DNA from: Raillietiella orientalis
Taxonomy: Eukaryota
Length of the DNA: 64,000 bases
Direction: 5' to 3'
Assembly (NCBI GenBank): GCA_036172245.1
Contig: JAYWIR010000025.1
Location: 1,488,001 to 1,552,000, forward strand
In this document: positions 12,241-24,700 of the stretch, piece by piece
Numbering within the stretch: the stretch's first letter is position 1
Layout of the letters: the number at the start of each line of letters is the position of its first letter
Made by a program: the position numbers and the translations under genes
Notes under the pieces: model-generated
What the model was told of the DNA's origin: nothing
The model's database searches: none
Seen by the model: only the letters and a program-made list of their open reading frames with translations

Positions 12241-13340
12241 GTGAAAATCGGAAGCTCCCGTCGGCTGACCGGGATTGGAAGTTCGTCCACCGTGGTCCTT
12301 CCAGGAGCCAAGGAGACGTTCTCGTCGGGGTTCCTCTCCGGTTGCGAAAATGGATCCGTACCATCGCGTGTGATGGAGCTGCTTGATGCCCTTTTCGTGG
12401 AGGGAGTCGTCTCTCCAGAGAGCGCAAAGAAGCGCGACGCTCCCTTCGGAGAAGCAGCGCCCTTCTGAATTTCGGATGTGTCCTTTCGGGGGGTTCTCTT
12501 CAGAGGAGGAGGAGACAAGGAGCGATTCCTTTCGCAGAAGAAATTCCTACTAGCAGATCCTTTCCGTGTTTTCTTCGGAGAAGAAAAATGGATCAGACCC
12601 TTCCTGGGGTCTCTCCGAGAGAACAAGGAAGAGATGATTCCCTTCGGGGACCCCTTTGGAGACAACCAGGGTGAAGGTGATCTCCATTCGAGGCATCCTC
12701 TCCCCAGGCTCTGGAGAAACAGACTCCGAGCCCTTCCTGGATTCATAGGACGGACCCTTCCCAGACACCCGCTATCTTGAAGAATAATACGCACCCTCCG
12801 GGTGGCGTGGAATCCTGTTAAAGATCTGCGTGAGCCTCAAGGCACGCGACGGCTCTTGAGATAATCAGCGAACCAAAAAAAAGGGAGCCCGAAAAAAAAA
12901 AAAAGAAGCTCGAAGGAAAACAGCGAAGACAGAAAAAGAGGAACCCGAAGAATTTTCATCATCATAGGAGGAAACAAGGATCTCTTCCCTTGCGGGTGCC
13001 CTCCGGAGAAGAAATGAAGGGTGGCTCCCTTCAGAGCACCCCTCCGGAGAGAATAGGTAAGAGGTTCCCTTTGGGATTCCCTTCGTAGAAAACCAGCGCG
13101 AGAGTTCGCTAGCAAGCTTAAGAGGAACGGACTCTTTCCTGGATTCATAGGGTGGCCCCTACGGGGTTGAACTTGAAGAGTCACACGTACCCTCGGGTGG
13201 CGTAGATAGTACGAAAGAGTTCCCCTAAGGAGGCGAAGAGTTTTTGAGTAATTAGCAAACCCCAAAAGACAAAACTCGAAAAAAAAAAAAAAAGAAAGCA
13301 GCAGCCGGGAGGAAAGCAGCGAAAGCAGGAGTACCCCAAG
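12240..13340 (-). repeat. Dispersed repeat, two tandem copies (possibly the 5' region of the LINE family)
   Basis: The block (cctggattcatag...cttgaaga...acgcaccctc(c)gggtggcgt...aaaga) occurs at ~12735-12840 and ~13135-13230, and again at 28570-28650 and 47100-47205. Confidence 0.6.
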
Positions 13341-13389
13341 GAACACCTGAGGAAGTCTGAACGCTTTCGTAGGTGCGTCGATCCGCGTT

Positions 13390-15050
13390 CGGAGCATCTC
13401 GCAGTTGGCGCCACGTGGCTGAAATTGCGGGACTTTTCGCGCCACGACTCCCTTCCTCCAGGACTCCCTCTTCACGGTGGAAGCAAGATTCTCGGGAAGG
13501 AAAGCTGGATTTTCTTCACTTCGCATTCGCTGGCCGAATCGACGTAGTCGGTAGCATCCATCTCGTTCTAACTGTGATGGCATCCTGAGATCTGAACGCT
13601 CCAAAATCTCGAGGCTGGGAGGGTGCCAGAAAGAAAATCATCAGCTTGGGCACAGGCAGAGGATATGCTTTCTGAGATTGAAAAAAAAAAAAAAAGTCGA
13701 TGGGTACTTTGGAAATCTGCATTGGTTTTTGACGATTTGCGAGCTCGTTTGGAGCCCTCAGGCTCAGTTCCGTTAAACACCACTAGGGAATTGACTTTTG
13801 GTGACCAGAGAATGAAAATTCAACGAGTGGTCGGATTCATCCGACGAGATCTTCGAGTGGTCTCACCATTTTCTAAGGATTTCCACTTCCAGAACGAGAC
13901 AAGGAAACATAGGAAATGAAACTCGTTCTGAGGAGGTTGCAGCTCGGATGGGAGCTGCCATCTTCCTCGCCGAAGCACCAAGTGGTTTCACGTAGGAGAT
14001 GAATGTACAATACAAAATACAAAATGTGCCTCCCAAGGGAGTAGCGATTTCCGATCGGAAAAAAATGCCTTGGATCGGTGCCTCCTGATGCTCCATCTAT
14101 CAAAGATTTCCGGATCCATTCGCTCTTTCCAGAAAATCAAAAATTCTACCAAAAATAAAGGTAAAGCAAAAAGGAAGGTGAGCCGTAGAGTATGGTGAAG
14201 AGTCACTGGAATTTCGAGATGATACTTCTAGAAACGAGCGTATGGATCACAAAAATTTCGCCCTTTAACATCTTCGATTCTCGATGAAAGCACCGCCCTC
14301 CTCTTCGTATTTGCCTCTTTCCCAGAGTTCCAGGTAACATTTCACCAATCCGTTTCTCCCGTCATTCGGCTGCAACAGCAGGATTCATCCTGAAAAATAT
14401 CCCTGGGCATTCTTTGGCTGTAGCGTACCAAAGCAAAAGAGCAAGCGCTAAGAGAGCAAGTGGAAGCTTAAAGAACTCTTGAAAGCAATGGAGACAAGCT
14501 CCCGTCGTAGCAGATAGTAAATGTTAGTTGCATCAGACTGGTAAATGATCTTTGGTTTCGGCATCTTTTTCACTGGACCGCGAAGAATCCAGTTTGGATC
14601 TGTATGCTGCAAATGCTCTCATTTCCTTGTAGCACTCGTTGCGGAACGTTGAGTCGAGTCTTAACAAGCATCTCGTGATGGGCTTGGGAGCAAACGCCTG
14701 GATAAAGCATCGACACTCTGGAGGAGTGGCGAGCCGCATTTCTGTTAGCAGAAGTCCCGGGTTCGGCATGGAGCCGTTCCGAAGATTGGGAGATTCTCTA
14801 CCAGATTCTCAATTTTTGCGGCGTCTCCTTTATGTCTCATTTTGCGAACGACCACGATGATTGCGGTCCATTTTTTGTTTGGTCCTTTCATAGCTGGTTT
14901 GCTCACTTTTCGGAATTCTGCGCTTCTTCCCCCCCCCCCCTTCTCTCACCTACGTCTGTCAAATCCGCTCTCCCCATACGCGAGCAGAGACCTCTTCGAG
15001 AAGGAGCACGCACTCAGTGTACATTCCTTAATACTATAGACGGGAATCTC
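13390..15050 (+). mobile_element. Highly decayed LINE RT / zinc-finger remnant
   Basis: Weak RT-like segments plus SFCERP.../AVHFLFGP (zf-RVT-like) near 14830-14890. Confidence 0.3.
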
Positions 15051-18019
15051 AGAGCAAATGTGTATGAAATGAGTGAAGGAAAACCGAGAGACTGAATTGA
15101 GCCTGAAACCAGAACCCTTCCTACTTTAGGTGACACAGGTTCTTGGAAGCGGTACCTTTGCTGCTGGAGCTCATGCCTGACAGTTTGCCGTGCCTCATCA
15201 ACTCACGAGTCTTTTAGCCGGGTTTCCTCACTCTGAAAACTCTTAGTGCCTGGTGCCCATGATGATTCCGTAGCGGAAACAAGCAAGTGGTCTTCTCTGG
15301 ACAATCATCCCCCAACTGAACTCCCAGTTAAACCTTGGTACTAATCAGAACATCTGCCTGTGGGTGGGTCGCAACTTTTTCCTTTCCTGAGGACCTGTCT
15401 TCTCATTTCTGGTTTCGCATGAGCGCTTTTAGGCACAGCTTTTTGGTGTGCTCAAGAACACTTTCTCGAAGCTTCGCTCACAGACATACGTTTCCAAGAA
15501 CAGGGTTTTCTGAGCCAGTCAGTCAGCGGCCTCCAAGACCATAAGGAAGTTTCCTCCTCCAGGATGGAAGAACTGCTTTTGGAGTGTGCTGCTGCTGATG
15601 CAAATTAAGAGCCCGAATTCCAAAAGAATAAAGATTCCTTGATGTGAGTCGGTCTGAACAAAGTTATGTTTCTTCGACAACGAGACGCGCCCAATGTTAG
15701 AAAACTCTTTAGCATCCATTCATCCCTCGCTGCTCGTCATTATGCGAGACGAACGGATTCTTCGAGATAGGTGAAACATGGTAGAATTCCGCCATTCAGC
15801 CGTGCTATGCGGCGAGCAAGACTGAAGTATAGATAAATAGATGGAGCCACATTCCCTTGCATTTCCGTGAGAAAACGGCCCGCTAAAAGCGATTCCCCCC
15901 CACTCCCCATGTTTTTCCAGAAGGAAGGAAGGCAAAGTTTGAGCGCAAAATTGCAGAATCAGAGCGAGATGAAATCCGAGCTACCTGCATATGGAATCGA
16001 AGTTGGTCTCCCGCTCGAGATTACTGTTTTGAAAGCTCTTGTATTTGAAAAGTTTTGTTAAAAGTCGTCATCTTTGACCTTGCCGAGGTTATAAACAATT
16101 TATCTCTTACCACCATACATTGCATTAAGTGTTTATGAATTTCGCGTTATTCGTGATGTTTTTTCCTTCCAATGTTGATTTGATTTGCATCTCGCTGGTC
16201 AGTCGGTGGGTGTGCGCGCGGGCGCTTTTTTTTTTTTTTTTTAATTCCCTTTGCCCTTCCATAGAAGTAGCTCCCAAACTCCAGGAAAAAAAACTCTGCT
16301 TACCAGCTTCCTGCCAATTTCTGGATGGCAGTGTTCATTTGGGAAATGAGAACGGGGAAAGAAGATTCTCGTTTCCACCAGGAGGCAGCCACATGCGATT
16401 CACGCTCATAGTTTTGAGGTGAGAGAATGGAGGGAGAGCCCTACGCATCCATTTTAAGGATTCGAGCAAGGTGCATTAAGAGCACGAGTTCTTGCAAGCA
16501 GACCACACATGGCATTAAAATGCACTTAGAGCTTATTTCAGTGCCACATCACACAGGCATGTATCACAGCAGCGGCAGCTGCTTGTCACAATCCAATATC
16601 CAAGACGTGTTACGGAATGCGTAGCTGTTGCGGGTTTTAAGGACAGTGGGATGCTCGAGATCAAAAGAACGAAAAACGATCTCCAATCCACTCGTTTTGA
16701 AAGCCTTGATTCTTCAAAGTAGATGCGATTCTTCCATTCTCAGGGTGACCTCAACGACAAGAGAACTTAGGACTCGGTGGACAGCTACCACGCTGTGCGT
16801 CAAGTTCGAAGTCAGCGTCGAATGCTCAGTCCAGCTTCCGGCTTAATTTTTGACTCAATTGATGTTATGAAACTCAATCTTCAAGTTCTCCGTGAGCAGA
16901 GAAGCACGACAGATGCAACATACCAACTCCGATGGCATTCACTGTCTGTGTGCTCTTCTAGAATATTGCTTCAAGTTTCAGTGAAGATTCTGGCATAGTT
17001 TGAAAAGTGGCATTTCATTTTGAAAATCTCAAGAAGGAATGAGGATAGCTGCTCAAGGAAGATTTACCTTGATGATCGCTGCTAAAGAACTTCGGGTTGT
17101 TCTGTTTCGTGCTCTTCAATGAAACGACCAGTTGTTTCAAAAATTTCCTGCAGCTTTCTAAACCTCAGGTTGTGAGTTTTCGGATCTTCACGCAACTCAA
17201 AAACCATCAGTGGATCCTCTATGCGAGATGAAAAAAGCACGAGCTGTTATCCAGGAGTCAAGCATCCATGAGATCCGTGTAAAAGACTTCGATTTTAAAT
17301 CCACAGCCGGCTCAGTACTATTTGCAAGTCAAAGCCCATCATCGTCTTGGCCTCTCTAGGAACCGCCATCGAAAAACAGGTTCAGAATGCCGGGAGCATC
17401 ATCTGTCCCAACTATAAAATCTGTTGTAGCATCATCAAATCATTCTGAATCCTCCATACATTTTGCTCGTTTCAAACTGCTTTCATGACTGTTTCATATC
17501 GACGTTAGATTTAGTGACGGCTCTCTCTGTCCAAAAGACATAGACAGTTTTTTTTGTTCTTTGGTTTGGTAGTAACAACAGGAAAATGACCATCCGAAAG
17601 AAAAGAGCAGAAGATCCCTCTCATGAGGCGGATCCGCATCAGGCGGAGAAAAAATGGCGACAGCCCTCATATAACGCGGCAAATCAGCACCTCACGAACG
17701 CTATGGAACGCTATTCTGACTTTGTCGTAAAGTCCTGCTGCCGTGGAAAAGAATGCAAACGCGTGAACCAGAGAGGTTGGATTCGACCACTCCAAATTTC
17801 CGTGAACAAAGCGGCATAAGGAGGCACATTTTTCAACCACGAGAATGGTGCAGCTGAAACTCTAGAATGGTTTGAATGGATTAATGCATCTGAAAAACTC
17901 TAAAAGCTTCTTGTTTTTTTTTTTTTTTGGATACATACCCTACTGTTATACTCTATAAGAAATTTTTTCTGTCTTTTGTAAATGCTATCCACGCTATCCA
18001 TGCATAACCCATAGGGTTC

Positions 18020-19480
18020 GTACAACGCGGAACGCATCCTCTGAGTAGAACGGGGACCAACTGTACTTAATTTGGATAAGCTTGCAAAGCAGTGTTCATT
18101 GCTTTGCAGCAGAATGTTGGAGTGAGCATCACTTCCTTCCTCAACCGGAAGAGCTCTTCTGCACGGAGCACCCAGTGGATGTTTCTCCGAAAAAGAGTGT
18201 TTATGGCATCAGGGCCTTCTGGATGCAATTTCAGTCCTATTGTTTCCGTTAAGAAAACAACGTAGCTGGAATCGTTATTCTCCGTTTCATTTTGATAGCT
18301 GGGGATGCTTCAGACGTGTCTTTTGTTTTTCCTTCCCGTAGCCTACTGATTTTTGCTGCTTCTGGAACGGGAGGTCACCCAATGAATAAAAACACAACAG
18401 AGTTATTCTGTTTTGTAGATGATTATTGTAAAATAATAGATGAAAATTTTGCAAGCAGGCTACTACCCAACGGCAAAAAAACCAAAAGAGTGCCAGAAAT
18501 AACATGCTCTTGAATTATAACAATAATTCTATTATATCAGCAATCTAGATATGAGAACTTTAAATCATTTTATATACTCTACTTAAAGCCATTGCATAAG
18601 TCGGACTTTCCAGCACTACCTTCATATGATAGGCCCGCTTCGTCTTTGAAGTTTGCTAGGCAAACTGTCCTTCAAGCACATTGCTTGTGACAGAAAGTTT
18701 TCCAGAGTTCATGATTAGCTTGCTTTTCCTGGGGATCAATCACTCTAAATGTCCTTCTTTCGTTATTTTTGGTCACTATGGATTTGCTCCCGCGAATAGC
18801 CTGTTCAAAATGGCGTTCGTTCTGTGCAGATATCCAAGAAGAGCACGTCCTGGTGTTTTGACTTTTGGCGAGTCCCAAGTGCCTCAAGAATTTGACCGTA
18901 TTACGCCAAGTGATGACGGACGTGTTCGTTCTTCTTTCCTGACCTGAGGAAGGTCGCTCGCACGCTTTACTAAACTAACTTCACCTGCAAGTAGATGGAG
19001 CTGACCACGTTAGAGGTCAGGCAGCGGAGTTTCACATGGAGGCAAGGAAGATGAGCGAAGCTATGCAACCGTCAGGGCAGTCCTGAGAGCTGCTCAATTT
19101 CCCAACAGCCGATAAGAGCAAAAAGTTCAGTACATGCTGCGAGCCAAGGCCACTCACGCAGGTTACAAAAAAAGGAAGATGTCAAGATCGAGTTCTGATA
19201 TTTGAAGATACCAATAGATACAAAGTAGTCATTACAGAGGAAGACATGAAATCGAGGGAAAGGTGAAGTGATTCGTCTCAGAGTGATAATTTGAAATCCC
19301 GCACATCGAATTCGAGGATCTAGAAGCGATGAAAATTTCGTTGGGCAGAAACTCTCAGAAATCAGGTGGGTTGATCCGGTGCTCATGGCCGAATAAGAAA
19401 TGTGTCTTTCCACAGGAGTCAGTGTATGTGTGTCAGCCGAACATGCACGACTTTGACTCATCACTTCTTATCCACCCTCC
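18020..19480 (-). mobile_element. Decayed L1/Tx1-like LINE ORF2 remnant interrupted by a bacterial IS fragment
   Basis: In order along the minus strand: GCWEIE (~GxWKLN), KDEAG|HWVTS (split by the insert), PEGPDAINTLF (~SPGPDG), KLIQ (~LIPK), SWSPF (~WRPISL). Confidence 0.55.
18382..18633 (+). mobile_element. Bacterial IS982-family transposase N-terminal fragment (pseudogenised; Wolbachia/Rickettsiales-like)
   Basis: MNKNTTELFCFVDDYCKIIDENFASRLLPNGKKTKRVPEITCS*IITIILLYQQSRYENFKSFYILYLKPLHKSDFPALPSYDR matches the IS982 N-terminal pattern (ELxCxVDDFCK...SEIxTIxxLY..S..kNFK.FY...F..LPSYxRF); much more AT-rich than its flanks; one in-frame stop. Confidence 0.85.
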
Positions 19481-20919
19481 ATGAAGTCTATGCAACCTCT
19501 TTCTAAGTTTGACCCTAAAGAAAAAGGGAAGGAAAAAATTTTCCTTTATGAGAAGAGCTCCAAAGAAACTGTGGAACGGAAGAGAAAGTGACAGAATCTT
19601 TGCAATTAACTTCTATTTCTATTTTCATAATTTTTAATTTGGGGGATGGGGAGAGGGGAGGGGAACGACTGGTTCTTAAACCAGCTACAATTCCTCATCG
19701 GAGGGATAAACTTGGTCATTGCATGCATGATTTATTTTAGCATACACAACTCGTGCAAAATGAAAGCACAGTTTTCTTCTTCCTGTGATCATAGAAAGAT
19801 TCGTTTCTGGGGCAGAGAGGACTTGCAGAAGATTAGACAATCCTTTTTCTGTCCACATCCTAAACTCCTTTGCTTTATTGTCTTACCGATGTTCGACAAG
19901 CATCAACTCTTCTCCATCCTTGAACAGAAGCCATGAAAAGAACCTCCATCCATGATAATCATGATGCCCGTTTGTTGAGGATAGTCGCCACTTTAAGCCT
20001 GAACAAACGATTTTCTTTTGTGGAGAATTCCTTTCAAAAAGGAGTGGTTGGGTCTACTTCGAAGATTTAATTATCACCTAATGGGATACCAAACGCCAAA
20101 GACGCGCCATGGGCGCTTGCAGCGAGCAAGAAGAAGAGAGAAGAAAAATTTCTGTTCTAGTTCTGCAAAACGTTTCTCGTGTGCTCTCCATCTCCAAGTG
20201 ACTATTCGACGCTCTCCAAAGAGTGCTTCTCAACCACCATCAGTTTCTTTCGGTTACGTTTTGTTTCCCTTTTTGGATTGCTAAGTCGAGGATTGCACTT
20301 TGAAGATTTCGTTCTCACCTGCCCTCCTTTGGTTTTTCAACTAATGACGGCCGGTACGTTTGTTTAGAAGTAAACAGACAAGTTGGGAACGCAGTTCCCG
20401 AAACAAAAACAAAAAAGAAGTTCAAGGAGAGGCGTCACCGACACGCAGGTCGGTTTCTGTAAGAGTCCAGAGAGGAAGGCAATAAATAAACAAAGGAAAA
20501 GTGGGAGGGAAAACCTTTTGCGCGGGATTTTCCCCAATCGTCTTAGTACCCGCGCGGAATGCCGGCGGCCACTGACTAGACTTCTTCCTGTAGATGAGCT
20601 CTCCTCACGTAGGAGGCTGCCATGCGGGTGATCTCGCTTCGACGTGCCCGAGACTCCGGCACACGGTGAACTGTAACCATGGCGCGGGTGCAGCTGATCG
20701 TTGCAATCCCAGCACCTGCTGAGAGTCTGCAGAGCGTGGAGGATCTCCGCAGCAAGTCCTTGGCACTATCCTCCGGAAGCAGCGGCAAGCTGAAGGCAAC
20801 CTCCTCCACAGTTCGTAGAAGGCACCGCAGTATATGATGGAACAACTGCCTTCTTTCAGTCGGAAACCCCCTATACGTGATTTCAGCTTGCTTGACTTGT
20901 AGCTTTTTTGGGCGCATCT

Positions 20920-21732
20920 TCAGAATTTTCTAGCAACTTTCCGCAAAAGAAGAGTGTGCCAATATGCCGACAGATCCTTTCTGGAAAAGGAGGGCTCTTG
21001 CGCTCTTGGGGCTTCTTCGGATCATTCAGATCGTGTCCGTTCTGCGAAAGCGATGCTGCGATGTACCTGGTTTTCCTCCTTCAGCTTACGGTGAATGCTC
21101 TCTGTTGGAGCAGCATTGCGAAGACCAGATAGATCAGGAGCTGCTGCAAAAAACAACTCCAGTTCATTCTCTGTTAGCTGGAAAGCCAATAGACTCTCGG
21201 CACATTCAGACATGGAATCGACGACGAATCCATGCTGCACGTCGTCTAGTCTCATGAGCTAGCCATTCAGTCACAAGAGCCGGTTATTCCCAGGAAACAC
21301 TTCAGCAGACGCAGCTTCCAACACCTGACAGTCAAACGTGCAGGCTAATCTGATTAGCAGAACTTGGAACACCTCTGTCTTCAAGAGGACAACCTGGTCT
21401 CCCTGCGGCAGCAAGGCAAAACTGGGATGTCTAGCGAGACTCGCTCGCTGAAATCCCCTGGCAACCTCTGCATGTCTGTTATCGCGTTCTGGATCCAGGT
21501 TCAGAGAGAAGGCAAGACAGTCGGGTGCGGTGCCTTTGATTTCTGAATACTCACCACCAGCATTCGCGCTTTTTCGGCGATGAAATCGCTGGTTTCTTTG
21601 TGAGCTTGGATGACCACTCGCGTGATGTGGCTGGGGTCTTCCAACTGTGTCTTGAGATCTGCTTTGCAGAGATTACATAGCTGACAAAATTTTCGCTTTC
21701 TCTTGCTGAGGAAGTCGGCTGAAGCCGCACAG
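20920..21732 (-). pseudogene. E75: E75/Rev-erb (NR1D)-type nuclear receptor pseudogene: T-box, hinge and ligand-binding domain
   Basis: Collinear pieces: AVRFSRLPQQEKAKILSAM*S (~AVRFGRVPKREKAKILAAMQS), QLEDPSHITRVVIQAHKETSDFIAEK, PSFALLPQGDQVVLLKTEVFQVLLIRLACTFDCQ (~PGFxLLxQDDQVTLLKAGVFEVLLVRLACMFD), LL*LNG*LMR, FVVDSMSECAE, LTENELELF...PDLSGLRN. Stops at 21673-75, 21271-73 and 21259-61, plus several frameshifts. Confidence 0.85.
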
Positions 21733-22319
21733 CTCCTTCGGTACGTGGCGAGATGTTCTGGTGGTGAGGCGGTTTCCCAGATGACTGGACGCTGTCGCAC
21801 CAGCAGACTGAGCTCCCAGCAAAGACTCTTCTGCAGGAGGGGGACAAACTCGAACTGCGCATGAAATGTCTCCTGCTCACAGCTCAGCAGCATCAGTACT
21901 ATGGACAGACACGATAAGGATACGAAGATATGCAATATCTCGTCCACTGAATTTCCTCTGGTTCCTTCTTTCGATTTGAAAGCTGGAAGTCCGAATTCGC
22001 TTTAAACAAACTTTTCTTTTTGCCATCCGGATCTTGAAAGCAATGAATTCCCCTTTAGAATCCCATGTCTAGTTCATGGCTCTTCCTAACTACCAACCAA
22101 ATTCCAACACAAGCACAAGACAAGGAAAGGCTCTTCGTTCCGATTCCCGCAAGCCCGAAAACGCCCGCTGGAATGATCTTCAAAAGGTGCTTTTTTCATG
22201 ACCGTTCGGTTGCATCCTTGACGTGCTCCGATTTCGGCAGGTGTGAGATGAAAGAAATGAAGAAATCCGATCACTTGTAATCGAAAAAAAAAAAAAGAAG
22301 AGGAAAAACAAAAACTTCA

Positions 22320-22460
22320 TGTGGCACATCTTCTGAACCGGTACGCTAAGAGTGGACTTAAATGCTAGGATGGACACTTTCGAGTTGTTGGCGTTGGCCA
22401 TGTGCAGCAATTTTATTTCCTCTGGCTTCTAAGTGGATTGAATTTCGAAAGTAAAGGCCC
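22320..22460 (-). pseudogene. Possible eroded second-zinc-finger exon of the same E75 copy
   Basis: GLYFRNSIH (~GFFRRSIQ), CT..., SIL and YRFRRC (~CRLKKC) across shifted frames, upstream of the AVRF exon. Confidence 0.3.
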
Positions 22461-23369
22461 GAAGCTCTTCGATGTCATAAGTGAAAACACTTGATCTGAT
22501 CCCTCGTTCCTTCTCATCGGATGTCAGCAGCACATGGTGTAGGATGTAAGTATAGGATGTAAGCAAAGACTTGGAAATGCATGGGTTCTATTTCAACGGA
22601 TGCGAACCGAATACTATCTAAGGAAACAGTAACCAGATCGATATCTTCCCCTGATCTATACATATGCATGTAATTCACTCCTATGACTTTCTGTTCTATT
22701 TCTAGCATTGGCTGTCAAGAACCACATGTACGTGAACATCACGTTGCTGCCCATCTTAACAGCATCTTAATAACATCATCTCTAAAGGCAATTTTATTGA
22801 AGTTCTGAACATAATTCTTTATTTTGGGGATTCTTTGCTTTACTTCTTCCGTCTGTCTTGAATTGTTTCCATCGACTTATTCCCCGCTGTATTTTTTTCA
22901 GCTTCCCGTCGAAAAATGTGAAAATTAGCACCTGCAAATTAAGGACTCACGAAATAAGGACATAAAATTTTCTTTCTGGTATCTTTTGACTTTTTGAAAG
23001 TCCTCTGCAGATCTACGAATCTTTTCAGCAAGTCACGGTACACATGATGCCAGGAAGCGGATTGTTCCATTTGTCCTTCCTCGGCTGTTTCGTTTGTTTC
23101 AAGACACTCACAAGTCTGCAACTCGAAGAAATATGTTGTGAATTCACTGAGAAATATCTGACTTTCTTCATTCTGGAAAAAAGACCCATATTCTTGGATC
23201 TCAAATGGCTTGAATCCGTCGTTTCAGCAGCTAAAGACGTTTGGAAGCCAGATTCCATGAAAGCAGTCTCAACGAGCCTGACCTACGGACACCCACTTTT
23301 CAAAGTCTCGATCTAGAAGAAAGAGATGCTTATGAGGCGCAGTATGCTCAATTTGATAATTTTCATCCG

Positions 23370-24700
23370 AAAGGTCACTGAAAACTTGAAGAATCTCAGA
23401 ATGCACCAGCGCCAAATCGATTGAAATCATAACTCGTGAAAGTGGTCGACCAAAGCAGATTCGCCTATCCAGTGGAACAGTTCCCAACTCATGAACGGAA
23501 ATAGAAAAAAGGGAGTAAAGTTTCCACGTTGCTAGATTGAAGAAGAATTGAAGATCCGAAGCTGCGTTGCATTGAAGAAATGGAGCCGATCCTGCTTCCT
23601 GATACGTTTGAAGCAAAAGGAAGCATCAGAAGAACACGGAAACGGGAGCTTTGATGTCTAAGAGAACCCATGAGTATATAAAATAAGCCTCATAATTCGA
23701 GAAAAGATCGAAAACACAGATATCCAGCTGTACAGTAAAGCAGTTGTAAGACATCCAATTTGTGATTACCCAGGTATTCGAGATTTCATTAAATACTTTT
23801 ACCGAAAGATGTACAAAATTATACGATAGATAAGATAACACTGATACCGCTGTAATGAAGAAGAAAATGCGATGATACCAAGTCATACTATGTGATTTTT
23901 GGATGAACTCAGCAAAGAAACAGAAAATTCATGAATTCCCAAATGATAGAGAACGGTATTTTCTATAAAAAAATTATTATGATACCTGTGAAAGGCAAAA
24001 TATATTAGTACTCTGGGTAATCACAAGTCTGTAGGTATCCTTCAGAGTAATAGGCGTGAAACAAGGCTAATAAAGTAGTGTAAATTCTCACTTTCTGATA
24101 GGTTTCGCGGTTTACATTGATAGGTCCCATTCAGAAACAGATCATTAGCAAAATCTTTATCGTTCTCATGAGCGTGATGTCAGGTAATGTCAAGTAGAAG
24201 TTGCAATTTGGTAGTTCTGGTCAACACTGGAGAAAGACTAGATGTGGGTAGTTATCTCCGAATGCAGATCGCATTTTTCTAAGAGAAAGAAGCAAAGTGT
24301 ATCTAAACTTCATCTCATGGCACCTTTCTCTCTAAATCTGCTTTATTGTACAGAACACACATCCATCAAAGCGCAAGCAACCGCTCGATTCATGCCGGAA
24401 ATAATTTCCCAGCCTGGGAAAATGAAGCCTCGCAAAAATGATAGTCGTCCTGGTCTGGAAACTTCTGGACCATCATGAAAGATATACTGAAGCAAAGTGA
24501 TGATTAAGAAAATTTTCGTAGTCACAAACCCGTACGAATTGAACATGCTAAAAGAGAGCAATAAAGTGAATTGAAACGAATCAGTCCTCTTCACGTGACC
24601 AAGAGAATTCAAGGAGGGAAGAAGTTTACCAGAGCTCGTCACCATGAGGATGGAAGATGAAACACGAGAGATAGATAAAAGAAAAATAGCTAATTATCGG
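23370..24700 (-). pseudogene. Probable gustatory/7TM chemoreceptor pseudogene
   Basis: AT-rich block with hydrophobic broken ORFs: FSIIWEFMNFLFLC (~TFxWNFxDLF), YNFVHLSVKVFNEISNTWVIT...TVQL, AYFIYSWVLL and DLQFF...LGTVPLDRRICF (~GFFTLDR); multiple stops and frameshifts. Confidence 0.45.

Noticed and set aside
22939..23886. TGA recoding (Sec/Trp) in the Gr-like frame
   Set aside because: The adjacent upstream part has TAA/TAG stops and frameshifts and no SECIS was seen, so decay is the simpler explanation
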